Assembly (NCBI RefSeq): GCF_018336915.1
Contig: NZ_CP064923.1
Coordinates: 1,050,001-1,082,000, forward strand
Direction of reading: 5' to 3'
Length of the DNA stretch: 32,000 nt
Source: Acaryochloris marina S15
GTDB taxonomy: Bacteria; Cyanobacteriota; Cyanobacteriia; Thermosynechococcales; Thermosynechococcaceae
In this document: in pieces, positions 1 through 8,519 of the stretch
How positions within the stretch are numbered: the first letter of the stretch is position 1
How the letters are laid out: each line of letters opens with the position of its first letter
Notes under the pieces: model-generated
Told to the model about the DNA's origin: nothing
Database searches by the model: none
Seen by the model: the letters and a program-made list of their open reading frames with translations, nothing else
Made by a program: the position numbers and the translations under genes

Positions 1-1
1 T

Positions 2-226
2 TTAGAAGTGGATCAACGCCAATGTCCTGGGTGCCACCAGGGAGAAGTTGTACTTGAGGTGCAACGGTATTCTGAAAATAAAAAAGGGGAAGGTAAACAA
101 TCTCCGGTCTTGCTCGGGATGTTATCCCATCGGCAAACCAGACAGTTGACAGAAGCGATCTCCACCTCACAAAAGTCTGATCCCACAATCGATACGAACG
201 AACCGGATGCTAGTCAAGAGGGCTAG
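2..226 (+). CDS. possible 3' end of a gene entering from the left window edge (unassigned)
   Basis: The reading frame is open from the first bases of the window to TAG at 224-226. It contains a CPGC motif, I recognise no family, and it ends 26 nt before the next gene. Confidence 0.25.
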   Translation, partial: LEVDQRQCPGCHQGEVVLEVQRYSENKKGEGKQSPVLLGMLSHRQTRQLTEAISTSQKSDPTIDTNEPDASQEG

Positions 227-252
227 ATGTTAATCCAGACAACGGGGAAGTA

Positions 253-1554
253 ATGGAATATTCCTTAGGAGTTGACTTTGGCACATCAGGGACCCGAGCA
301 ATTGTCATTGATCAACAGAACCAAGTCCTGGCAGAAGCTAGTTGTACGTTTCCGGGGCTATCCCCAAAGGAGCGTATAGACTGCTGGCAACATGCCCTAT
401 GGGAATTAATCGGTGAGATCCCGGCAGACGTGCGATCGCATCTACAAGCCATCGCCATTAACGGTACTTCCTCCACCATTTTGCTCTGCGATGAGAACGG
501 CATTCCTCTCTATCCACCGCAGATGTATAACGACACCTGCGATCCAGCTAGTTTAGAACTGCTCACCAGCTTGGCTCCTGCGGGTCATCCTGTACTCAGT
601 GCTAGTTCTAGCTTGGCAAAACTGCTGGGTATGAGCCGCACCGTGGATATGACCTCAGTTCGCTATCTGATGCATCAGGCTGATTGGTTAGCCTTCTTAT
701 TGCATGGCCGCCCAGGACTCAGTGATGATCACAATAGTTTGAAACTAGGATACGATCCTGCGATGACCGTTGCTTGCTGTCCGCAGGACATAGGCCGCAT
801 CGCAGCGTATCCCGACTGGTTCCACCAGCCACCCCTCAGCCAGCTTCTGCCTTTGCTGCCTCAAGTCATCAGACCCGGCGCACCCATTGGCCCCATTCAA
901 CCTCGCCTTGCCCGTCAGTTTGGCATCCCCTCGGAGTGTCAAATTTGTGCAGGCACCACAGATAGCGTTGCCGCCTTTATTGCCAGCGGAGCGACTCAAC
1001 CAGGGATGGCCGTCACGTCCCTTGGCTCTACCCTTGTCCTCAAGCTATTGAGTCCTACCCGGATCGATCTGGCCAACTACGGCATCTATAGTCATCGCCT
1101 CGGAGATTACTGGCTTGTAGGCGGTGCATCCAATACGGGTGGAGCTGTACTTCAATCTTTTTTCTCCACCCCAGAACTCATTGAACTCAGCCAGCACATT
1201 GACCCCAGCCAGCCTAGTCCCTTGAACTACTACCCACTGCTTAAGCCTGGAGAACGATTTCCCATTAATGATCCCCTTCTGGAGCCACAGCTCACCCCTC
1301 GCCCAGAGGATCCTGTGGAGTTTTTGCAGGGTCTACTAGACAGCATGGCTCGCATCGAAGCCCAGGGATATCATCTATTAGAAACTCATGGCGCGTCTCC
1401 CTTGAAGGCAGTTTATACTGCTGGCGGGGGTGCCCAAAACACGGTCTGGCAAACTATTCGTCAACGCCATCTTCAGGTCCCTTGTTATGCCGCTCAGCAT
1501 CAACAAGCCGCCTATGGCACTGCCCTGCTTGCTGCCCATGGATCGCCCCTATGA
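253..1554 (+). CDS. FGGY-family carbohydrate kinase (xylulokinase/ribulokinase-like)
   Basis: 433 aa. N-terminal LGVDFGTSGTRAIVID (actin-fold ATPase phosphate-1 motif), GTTDSVAAFIASG, and C-terminal YTAGGGAQNTVW, all typical of FGGY kinases. Confidence 0.88.
   Translation: MEYSLGVDFGTSGTRAIVIDQQNQVLAEASCTFPGLSPKERIDCWQHALWELIGEIPADVRSHLQAIAINGTSSTILLCDENGIPLYPPQMYNDTCDPASLELLTSLAPAGHPVLSASSSLAKLLGMSRTVDMTSVRYLMHQADWLAFLLHGRPGLSDDHNSLKLGYDPAMTVACCPQDIGRIAAYPDWFHQPPLSQLLPLLPQVIRPGAPIGPIQPRLARQFGIPSECQICAGTTDSVAAFIASGATQPGMAVTSLGSTLVLKLLSPTRIDLANYGIYSHRLGDYWLVGGASNTGGAVLQSFFSTPELIELSQHIDPSQPSPLNYYPLLKPGERFPINDPLLEPQLTPRPEDPVEFLQGLLDSMARIEAQGYHLLETHGASPLKAVYTAGGGAQNTVWQTIRQRHLQVPCYAAQHQQAAYGTALLAAHGSPL
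432..439. repeat. HIP1 octamer GCGATCGC (representative copy)
   Basis: Exact copies found by eye start at 432, 2164, 4037, 9024, 10500, 12483, 13692, 15060, 22922, 23421, 25874, 30191 and 31773. HIP1 over-representation is a known cyanobacterial genome signature. Confidence 0.9.
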
Positions 1555-2393
1555 TTTCCCCTTTGCCCACCCTGGATTATCAATCGGCTGATGCACCACA
1601 ACAGTTTGCCCAGTCTCTCCAACAATCTGGGTTTGCCGTTCTTCGCCACAGTCCGATTACTGATTCCTTAGTAGAGCGCATATATCAAGACTGGCAGACT
1701 TTTTTCAATCGTGAAGAGAAAGCTCAATATACCTTTGACCCGAAAATTCAATCGGGCTACTTTCCATTTCAGACGGAGCAAGCCAAGGGCCATACCACCC
1801 CAGACCTGAAAGAGTTCTTTCATATCTATGAAAGCCATCCTCTCCCCCAGGGCATGAGTGATGCCACTTGGGACTTATTTAACCAACTCCGGCACTTGGC
1901 AACAGAGCTACTGGAGTGGGTAGAAATCCAGGCTCCACCCAACATTCGCTCTGGCTTTACAGAACCCTTAAGTGCCATGATCACTGAGAGTAAGGAAATA
2001 CTGTTTCGCCTGCTGCACTATCCACCTTTACCCGATGACATTCCTCCAGGAGCTGTTCGCGCTGCTGCCCATGAAGATATCAACCTGATCACGCTGCTGC
2101 CAGCTGCAACGGCGATGGGTTTAGAGCTGTTGGATGCAGAGGGTCAGTGGCAATCCGTAGTGTGCGATCGCGGCGATATTGTCGTCAATGTCGGCGATAT
2201 GCTGCAGCTGGCAAGCCAAGGCTTTTACCGCTCAGCCACCCACCGCGTCGTCAATCCTGACGGTCCAGCTCGGCATCAGTCCCGGTTATCCATGCCCCTG
2301 TTTCTCCATCCTCGACCAGAGGTGGTACTTGCAGAAGGCAAAACAGCCCGACAGTACCTGCAAGAACGACTACGGGAAATCGGCCTAGTTTAA
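1551..2393 (+). CDS. 2-oxoglutarate/Fe(II)-dependent oxygenase (isopenicillin-N-synthase-like family)
   Basis: The facial triad is visible: HEDINLITLL (H-x-D), THRVVNP (distal His) and RLSMPLFLHP (R-x-S for 2OG binding). I prefer the ATG at 1551, which overlaps the upstream stop as ATGA. The 1482 start in the ORF track would overlap the kinase by 73 nt. Confidence 0.82.
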   Translation: MISPLPTLDYQSADAPQQFAQSLQQSGFAVLRHSPITDSLVERIYQDWQTFFNREEKAQYTFDPKIQSGYFPFQTEQAKGHTTPDLKEFFHIYESHPLPQGMSDATWDLFNQLRHLATELLEWVEIQAPPNIRSGFTEPLSAMITESKEILFRLLHYPPLPDDIPPGAVRAAAHEDINLITLLPAATAMGLELLDAEGQWQSVVCDRGDIVVNVGDMLQLASQGFYRSATHRVVNPDGPARHQSRLSMPLFLHPRPEVVLAEGKTARQYLQERLREIGLV

Positions 2394-2431
2394 GGACATC
2401 ACACCTATTAATTGTGAGGATTGCATACCTA

Positions 2432-3898
2432 TTAATTCGGTGGAGCGATACGGGTGGCAAAATTTTGCGATCGTGTTGGTGATAACTGGCGTGCCTTCAA
2501 AATCGCTGCGGTCAAAAAGACATAGGCTAGAACCCCCACCGTCATCAGTGCTAAAACAGCCGCCAATTCTCCAAAGTTCCGAGCCAAACTCCCTGACGCA
2601 TTCCAAAAGGCATGAATCCCAGAAGACACCAGATAGCCAATTCCTAGGATCTGCCATCGCTGGGCTGGCTTGAGAATACTTAGCCCAATAAAATAGCCAA
2701 AAATACCGCTGTAGGCCATATGACCAGCCACCGATCCTAAGATTCTGGGAATCAAAAGCTGAACTGCAGCTAAGGCCCCAGCAAACTCATTCGAAGACGA
2801 TTGCGCAACCTGCTGGGCAATACCGGGGACATATTGTCCTAAGGTCTCCAGCAATGTAAATCCAAGGGCCGACGCTGCGCCAATCAAAATGCCATCCAAG
2901 GGCTCCCAAACCCCAACTTTTTGGCGACTCGGGGGGCGTAATTGCGATCCCAAATAGAAGAATCCAAAAATAGGCAGGGCCTTGAGCAACTCCTCCATTA
3001 AACCTGCGCCAAAGAAGTGACTAATCAGTTGGGAAATAAAATCAGGAGACGCATCTTGAACATTTCCGGGCAAAATTCCCCGAAAGACCAGAATAAACAG
3101 ACTCAAGATCGGCGTTACCAGGATCACCATTGTGAACAGGGTACTGAGGAACAACACCCACCAGGGCTTGGCTTTACCGCACAATCGATAAATGAAATAA
3201 AACCCGCCACCCCCTAGATACAAGGCCAAGAGCAAATTAAAGATAGGTGGGTTGCTCGCAAAGATAAATAGCAACACCACCATCATTACAGTGAGAATGC
3301 CAGGGATTAAATACCCCTTACCCAAGAGATCTTTGCGCGCTGAAACGATGGGAAACAGCTGACTTACAGTCACCTGGTTAGAGACAGCCCCCGGTGTTGG
3401 CTGAGTGGGATATACCGGTGGTTGAGGGGGATAAGACGGCTGGGGTGGGTTAGAAGGGGGATAAGACGGCTGTGTAGATATAGGAGCAGGAGAGCCCGTT
3501 GCGGCGAACTGATCTAAGAGCTGGGTGGCTCGATGCTCAAATAGGAATTCAGGGCCGTTGTGGCTCAACATCACCCGATCACCCACATTCAAGGTTTGAC
3601 ACCCCTGAATTCGTTGACCATTCACATAGGTGCCATTCGCACTATTGAGATCGCAAACTTGCCAAATCGGAGCACCTTGAGGCGTCCGAGAGCCCGTCGG
3701 TTTAACGATCGCATGACGGCGTGAAACTCCACCAAAAAGATTGGAATCAATGATCACTTGGCAGTCTGCCGTTCGCCCGATCGCCGTTTCCCCCGTTTCA
3801 GATAGGGAATAACAGGACTGAGCTACGTCAGCATTAGACTGAGCCGAAATAAGTCTGAGTAAACCACTCTGCCGATCGTTCACCATAGGTTGGTCCAC
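2432..3898 (-). CDS. FHA domain fused to a PrsW-family intramembrane protease domain
   Basis: 488 aa. The N-terminal FHA domain has canonical residues (IGRTADC, VSRRHAIV, NSANGTYVNGQ). A Pro-rich linker follows (QPSYPPSNPPQPSYPPQPPVYPTQPTP). The C-terminal multi-TM domain carries MEELLKALP (EExxK), AGHMAYSG and GIHAFWNASG, which are PrsW hallmarks. Confidence 0.8.
   Translation of the reverse strand: MDQPMVNDRQSGLLRLISAQSNADVAQSCYSLSETGETAIGRTADCQVIIDSNLFGGVSRRHAIVKPTGSRTPQGAPIWQVCDLNSANGTYVNGQRIQGCQTLNVGDRVMLSHNGPEFLFEHRATQLLDQFAATGSPAPISTQPSYPPSNPPQPSYPPQPPVYPTQPTPGAVSNQVTVSQLFPIVSARKDLLGKGYLIPGILTVMMVVLLFIFASNPPIFNLLLALYLGGGGFYFIYRLCGKAKPWWVLFLSTLFTMVILVTPILSLFILVFRGILPGNVQDASPDFISQLISHFFGAGLMEELLKALPIFGFFYLGSQLRPPSRQKVGVWEPLDGILIGAASALGFTLLETLGQYVPGIAQQVAQSSSNEFAGALAAVQLLIPRILGSVAGHMAYSGIFGYFIGLSILKPAQRWQILGIGYLVSSGIHAFWNASGSLARNFGELAAVLALMTVGVLAYVFLTAAILKARQLSPTRSQNFATRIAPPN
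3426..3472 (-). repeat. 17-nt direct repeat (GGGGGATAAGACGGCTG on + strand) at 3426-3442 and 3456-3472, 30-nt period
   Basis: Both copies encode QPSYPP inside the Pro-rich linker of the FHA-PrsW protein. This looks like a small in-frame duplication. Confidence 0.8.
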
Positions 3899-4206
3899 TG
3901 CTGATTAATTCTCATGTTGGCGCTTAAGGTATTGCTGTCTTGGACTAGGAGCCTGTCTTATTTCTTAGCAGGATTAGGATATTGCTGCAATCCTAAGAAT
4001 GCCCTCTATTCAGCCATCTATAGCCTGTAGCAGACTGCGATCGCGGTGATGATTGTCACGGCAGCACGGGTATGCTGAGGAGAAGGTAAGGATTGAAAGA
4101 GTCCTTAAAACAATTGGTACCTTATCCTGCTGTAGGCAAGATCCTGACTATTAATAAGGAAGATTGCTTCTGCACTTGATTCAGACTTTATGAGCTGGCG
4201 GCATCC

Positions 4207-4719
4207 ATGAGTGAATTAACACTCCAATGGTCAGAATTCGGCCAAACCAAAATCCAAGTTTTACGGGATCAACAACCCAGCAAACAGCTGGGCAAAATTC
4301 GCCTAGGTCGTGACCCCGCCCTGTGCGACATCGTTTTTCAAGAGCGTTCCGTTTCTGGGCTACATGTAGAAATTTTCTTTCAACCCCAAGCTCAACAGTT
4401 TTTTATTCGCAACCTGCGCCAACAAAATCCCCCCCTGGTAGATGGCACCTTGCTTAAACAAGGAGACTTACCCGTGCGAGCCGGGAGTCGGATTAAGCTC
4501 GGACGGGTAGAGCTTCAAATCACAGCTATGACCATTACGCCTCCTGCAGCGCCACCCGCTTTCCCCAAAAGTGGTCCCCCTTCAACGGCAGCTTATGGGT
4601 TGCAATGTCCCCAATGTCACCACGTCGCTGCCTATAGTAATGATGCGATCAAACAGGACTGTCCCATGTGTGGCCATTCCATGGCCACATCCAACACCGT
4701 TTTTATCGGCAAACCATAG
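4207..4719 (+). CDS. FHA-domain protein with C-terminal zinc-ribbon
   Basis: 170 aa. FHA residues: LGRDPALCDIVF, SVSGLHVEIFF and NPPLVDG (the usual NG[TV] is degenerate). After a Pro/Ala linker comes CPQCHH-x17-CPMCGH, a four-Cys ribbon. Confidence 0.72.
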   Translation: MSELTLQWSEFGQTKIQVLRDQQPSKQLGKIRLGRDPALCDIVFQERSVSGLHVEIFFQPQAQQFFIRNLRQQNPPLVDGTLLKQGDLPVRAGSRIKLGRVELQITAMTITPPAAPPAFPKSGPPSTAAYGLQCPQCHHVAAYSNDAIKQDCPMCGHSMATSNTVFIGKP

Positions 4720-4731
4720 GGGCGGTGAAGC

Positions 4732-6690
4732 ATGAGCACCATTCCTGGGCAAGTACGGTTGAACTGGCAAGATCCAGTTACGGGTGAACAACGAACCCCG
4801 CTTTTAACCTGTCCGATTGCCTTTGGCCGCGAATTCGCGCAGATGCCTGCAGAACTCAACCATCAGCGGGTGGCTCGAATCGTCCTCAATAGCAGCCAAG
4901 TCTCTCGTTATCACACCGTCATTGAATGGGTCCAAGGCCATATTCGCGTCACCGACCAAAACAGTAGTAACGGCACCTGGGTCAACGGCGTACTCCAACC
5001 CAGCTGCAACGTCAGCAATGGGGACCTCCTCAAAATTGGTCCCTACGAAATTACCTTGATGTTTACCCTGGACGGTACGGGCTTACCCACCGCCGAAGCC
5101 AGTGAGCAATCCATTATCCAGGTCCCCGAGCCAGATTCTCCCGTTCCGGCTGCGCCTGTTGCAGCTGCGCCCGTCAACGTTTTACCCCCTGCCTTCCAAG
5201 CCAATCAGGTCGTCGTTCAAGATCTATATGCCACCCAGCTCCCCGTAGAAGAGATCGACTACTTAGCCGTGGGCGCAGGGTTAGGCAGCTTCATCTGGGT
5301 AAATTTTCTGCGAATTTCGGGTGCAGCGCCCCAGCAAATTCGGGCCCTCGGTATCGAAGAGCGCCCCTATGCTCGTTACCAACGGCTCTGCCTCAACTCC
5401 CAAATCCCCCCCCATGAACGTCTAAGGTCCAACTCGGATTCCTGTCCTGACAACATCTGGGGATGGCCGGGCTATGCCTTACGAGAAGCTTGGCATGAGT
5501 TTAATAAAGGTAAACTCAATCCTGCATTGCAATACTTGTGGCAGGTCTTTGCTGAACCCACTTTTATCCAAACCTATACCCCCAGGGCAGGCAATGTATT
5601 CGCCTCCATTGATCGGGAAGCAGTTCGGATTGGCTGGCCCCAAATGTATCGGTTTGGGCGAGTCCGAGCCATTCGGAAGACCAACGATGGCCGCTATGCC
5701 ATTGCCTATTCTCCTGGTCGCAAACAAACAGCCTTTGTTGTTGCTCGTCATGTCCATCTGGCCACCGGTTATCCCGTTTTACAATTTTTACCCGATCTCA
5801 AAGCCTATCGAGAACAAACCCGAGACTTTAAATCCGTTGTCAATGCCTACGAAGACCATAACCATGTTTATGAAACCCTAGAACGCCAGGGAGGAACGGT
5901 CGTTCTGCGGGGACGGGGAATTGTCGCCTCTCGCATTATTCAAAGGCTCCACGAGGCTCGTCAGCGCAATGCCAATATTTCGATTTTGCACTTAATGCGA
6001 TCCCCTAAACCCAAAGGCAACCGATTTCGTAAAGCTCAAAGATCCGTTGACAATCATTTTGAATTCCAGCCCTTTAATTGGCCTAAAGCCTGTTGGGGAG
6101 GTACGTTGCGAGAAGAGCTAGAACAAGCTACCCCTGACCAACGCACCAATTTCCTAGCGGATTGGGGGGGCACCACCACGGCAGATCGCCAGGACTGGAA
6201 AGACTTGGTCCAGACAGGACTCGATCAGGGATGGTATCAAATCACCTTTGGTGAAGTCACCCGAGTCGTGCCCAATGCCCAATCTCGCCCCACGACCTAT
6301 ATCCAAGAAAAAGGACCCCGGGGTGAAATCCAGCTGGAGGCTGACTTCATCATTGATGCCACAGGTCTAGATAGCAAAGTCAAAGCCAGTCCGCTACTCA
6401 ATGATTTGGTCACCCACTATAATTTACCCTTGAACCCAGCAGGACGCTTGGCTGTCACCAATGACTTTGAACTCCTAGAAATGCGCAACCAAAATGGTCG
6501 CATGTATGGGGCAGGTGCCATTACATTCGGGGGACCCTATGCTGCAGTGGACAGCTTTTTAGGATTACAGTACACCGCCCTACAAGCCCTTGATGGCTTA
6601 GTTGCAGCCCGTGCCCCCAATCTCCGTCGGCTCAATGGTATCAGCTCATTTTTACAATGGCTGAAATGGGCTCAGAACAAAACTCCTTAA
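4732..6690 (+). CDS. FHA domain fused to a two-dinucleotide-binding-domain (FAD/NAD(P)H) flavoprotein-like oxidoreductase
   Basis: 652 aa. FHA residues: FGREF, VSRYHTVIEW, NSSNGTWVNG. After a Pro/Ala linker: YLAVGAGLGSF (nt 5272-5289, a GxGxxG-like variant), HLATGYP (ATG motif), VVLRGRGIVASRIIQRL (GxGxxA), IIDATGLD and MYGAGAITFG. The gene starts 12 nt after the upstream gene. Confidence 0.72.
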   Translation: MSTIPGQVRLNWQDPVTGEQRTPLLTCPIAFGREFAQMPAELNHQRVARIVLNSSQVSRYHTVIEWVQGHIRVTDQNSSNGTWVNGVLQPSCNVSNGDLLKIGPYEITLMFTLDGTGLPTAEASEQSIIQVPEPDSPVPAAPVAAAPVNVLPPAFQANQVVVQDLYATQLPVEEIDYLAVGAGLGSFIWVNFLRISGAAPQQIRALGIEERPYARYQRLCLNSQIPPHERLRSNSDSCPDNIWGWPGYALREAWHEFNKGKLNPALQYLWQVFAEPTFIQTYTPRAGNVFASIDREAVRIGWPQMYRFGRVRAIRKTNDGRYAIAYSPGRKQTAFVVARHVHLATGYPVLQFLPDLKAYREQTRDFKSVVNAYEDHNHVYETLERQGGTVVLRGRGIVASRIIQRLHEARQRNANISILHLMRSPKPKGNRFRKAQRSVDNHFEFQPFNWPKACWGGTLREELEQATPDQRTNFLADWGGTTTADRQDWKDLVQTGLDQGWYQITFGEVTRVVPNAQSRPTTYIQEKGPRGEIQLEADFIIDATGLDSKVKASPLLNDLVTHYNLPLNPAGRLAVTNDFELLEMRNQNGRMYGAGAITFGGPYAAVDSFLGLQYTALQALDGLVAARAPNLRRLNGISSFLQWLKWAQNKTP

Positions 6691-6702
6691 CGATTTCCAA
6701 CC

Positions 6703-7131
6703 ATGACCCCCACTCTGCTCGGACGCTGGCAAACCCGTATTCTACTCATGGAAACCGTGGGCCTTGTCATTACCCTTTTATTTTGCAGCGGTTTTTTCGG
6801 CAATCCTGAAGGCTCTGGTTATTTTTGGTTGCTACAATATATCGTTATCTTTGGTTTAGGCTGGGACTACCTTTACATCCAGATCCAGAACTTCCGCTGG
6901 GACCAAGATTGGCCAGCAGCACTGCAATGGATAGCAGCGTTATGGGAAGGACTGTTTATTATTTTGCTCAGCGATGTTGCTGAAATTAAATTACCAGGCA
7001 CAGATGTCTGGCACTTGGGCTGGTTTATTGTTCACTACAGCTTTGTCTGGATAGCCGTCTTTATTACCTCACAAAGTTTGATGCGCCTCATTTTCCCCCG
7101 TTGGCGTTTCCGTGGGGGTCAATGGTTATAA
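6703..7131 (+). CDS. small Trp-rich integral membrane protein (about 4 TM), unknown function
   Basis: 142 aa with hydrophobic segments and many Trp residues. It starts 12 nt after the FHA-flavoprotein stop, so it is probably co-transcribed. Confidence 0.6.
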   Translation: MTPTLLGRWQTRILLMETVGLVITLLFCSGFFGNPEGSGYFWLLQYIVIFGLGWDYLYIQIQNFRWDQDWPAALQWIAALWEGLFIILLSDVAEIKLPGTDVWHLGWFIVHYSFVWIAVFITSQSLMRLIFPRWRFRGGQWL

Positions 7132-7942
7132 GGCTGTAGCCGCTGATCAACACCCAGCTTTAGCGTTCAATAATCGCCTGCTCGAGTTCCGCTCTACCCT
7201 TGGATATTGGATACACTTTTGCTCAAGAGCATTTTTTATTCCTGCAGATATTTTTATTTATCCCCAGAAAATTACCCTTCAGATTTACCTATCATTTTGA
7301 CTAATGGCAAAAGCTCTAAACCCAATACTCAATCTCAGTTTATGGGCTAGACATCTCACCTATTTTGGGCAGTGGATGAGCTGAGATTTACGACAGCAGT
7401 TTTAATCGGCTTTCTTGGAACTATACATAATAGTCGGTAGCATCTGAACTACAGATAATCATTAGTTCCTCGATGGACAGTATATCGCACCTCGACATAC
7501 TCCTAAATAATCAAATACCCGTCAACACTTATCCATTCAGATTAGGTCGATGTACGTGACAGACTATAGAGTTTATTACTATTTTGTTAATACAGAAATT
7601 TCACTCTTCATTCTTCAACAGTGGGATTTTAAGCTTATAGAGGCAAAGGATTACAGACTTAGAGATTGATAAAATCCTATGTCATCCGAAGAATAGAGTT
7701 TTCCTGATTTTCCATCCAAAATATCATTTATTTTCCTCATAAAACTCACCAAGACTGCTATTCTCACACTCTTCCTAAATTTTTTAGTACTCATTACCGC
7801 ATCTCATTCAAGTAAATGGGAAAACTGTGGATTGGGTCTAAACAACCTTTTGCGATTCCCTTTATGCTTTATTGATGACAAGAAGCAGCATATATTATGC
7901 TTGTCTCAACAGGTGATATTGCAGAATAGGATTGATAAACTC

Positions 7943-8335
7943 ATGGCTAAAAAGCAAAAACAAGGTAAGACGCCTTTAAGTGGACAAGCCTTGGTTGAGA
8001 AGGTCAAACAACTCGAAGACCTAAGTCGTGAAGAAAAAGCGAAAGAATGCGGTTACTTTACCCTGAATGAGGATGGGTCAGAACGCATCAGCATGATGAA
8101 ATTCCTCAATGCTTTGATCGATGCTGAAGGCGTAGAATTAGATGGCAAAAGCCAAAATGGCAATGGTCGAGGCGGTCGCAACGCCAGCTACCGAATCAGC
8201 GTTCAATCCAATGGGAATTTGCTGATTGGGGCTGCCTATACCAAACAGATGGAATTGGCTCCTGGCGATGAGTTTGAAATTTCTCTTGGACGAAAGCATA
8301 TCCATTTAAAACAGATTACTGAAGATGAAGAATAG
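7943..8335 (+). CDS. cyanobacterial AbrB-like (cyAbrB, CalA/CalB-type) transcriptional regulator
   Basis: 130 aa from the ATG at 7943 (MAKKQKQGK...). The C-terminal SpoVT/AbrB-like swapped-hairpin region reads RISVQSNGNLLIGAAYTKQMELAPGDEFEISLGRKHIHLKQ. Size and C-terminal placement of the AbrB domain match the cyanobacterial clade. The 7832 start in the ORF track is a non-ATG extension. Confidence 0.78.
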   Translation: MAKKQKQGKTPLSGQALVEKVKQLEDLSREEKAKECGYFTLNEDGSERISMMKFLNALIDAEGVELDGKSQNGNGRGGRNASYRISVQSNGNLLIGAAYTKQMELAPGDEFEISLGRKHIHLKQITEDEE

Positions 8336-8519
8336 GACCTAATTGCTCAAATCTATTTCAGAGTTACGGCAATTAGACTTGTACTTATTTTCAAGACTGC
8401 ACCAGCACCATTGATGTGCGCTTAGCTATTTATCTTTATCAAGGCGTCTTTTACTTCGAGATCAGCGACCGCTTAAGAGACGCTGGTAGGATAATGGGAT
8501 TAATTAAGCCAATAGCCCA

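Noticed and set aside
312-999. Short ORFs overlapping the FGGY kinase (312-503 minus, 745-999 minus, 774-965 plus).
   Set aside because: They are alternative frames of a well-supported gene, with no motifs.
1482-1550. The upstream start (1482) offered by the ORF track for the 2OG oxygenase.
   Set aside because: It would overlap the FGGY kinase by 73 nt and adds a Cys/Trp-rich, non-homologous-looking leader. The ATG at 1551 gives a classic ATGA coupling.
4582-5881. Overlapping ORFs around the FHA operon (4582-4791 minus, 4632-4859 minus, 4804-4998 minus, 4817-5059 plus, 5474-5881 plus, 5479-5757 minus).
   Set aside because: They are nested in or antisense to the FHA-domain genes, which have clear domain signatures.
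7112-7300. A 62-aa ORF at the start of the long AT-rich spacer.
   Set aside because: It overlaps the end of the membrane-protein gene, has no Shine-Dalgarno sequence or motif, and has a low-complexity AT-driven composition.
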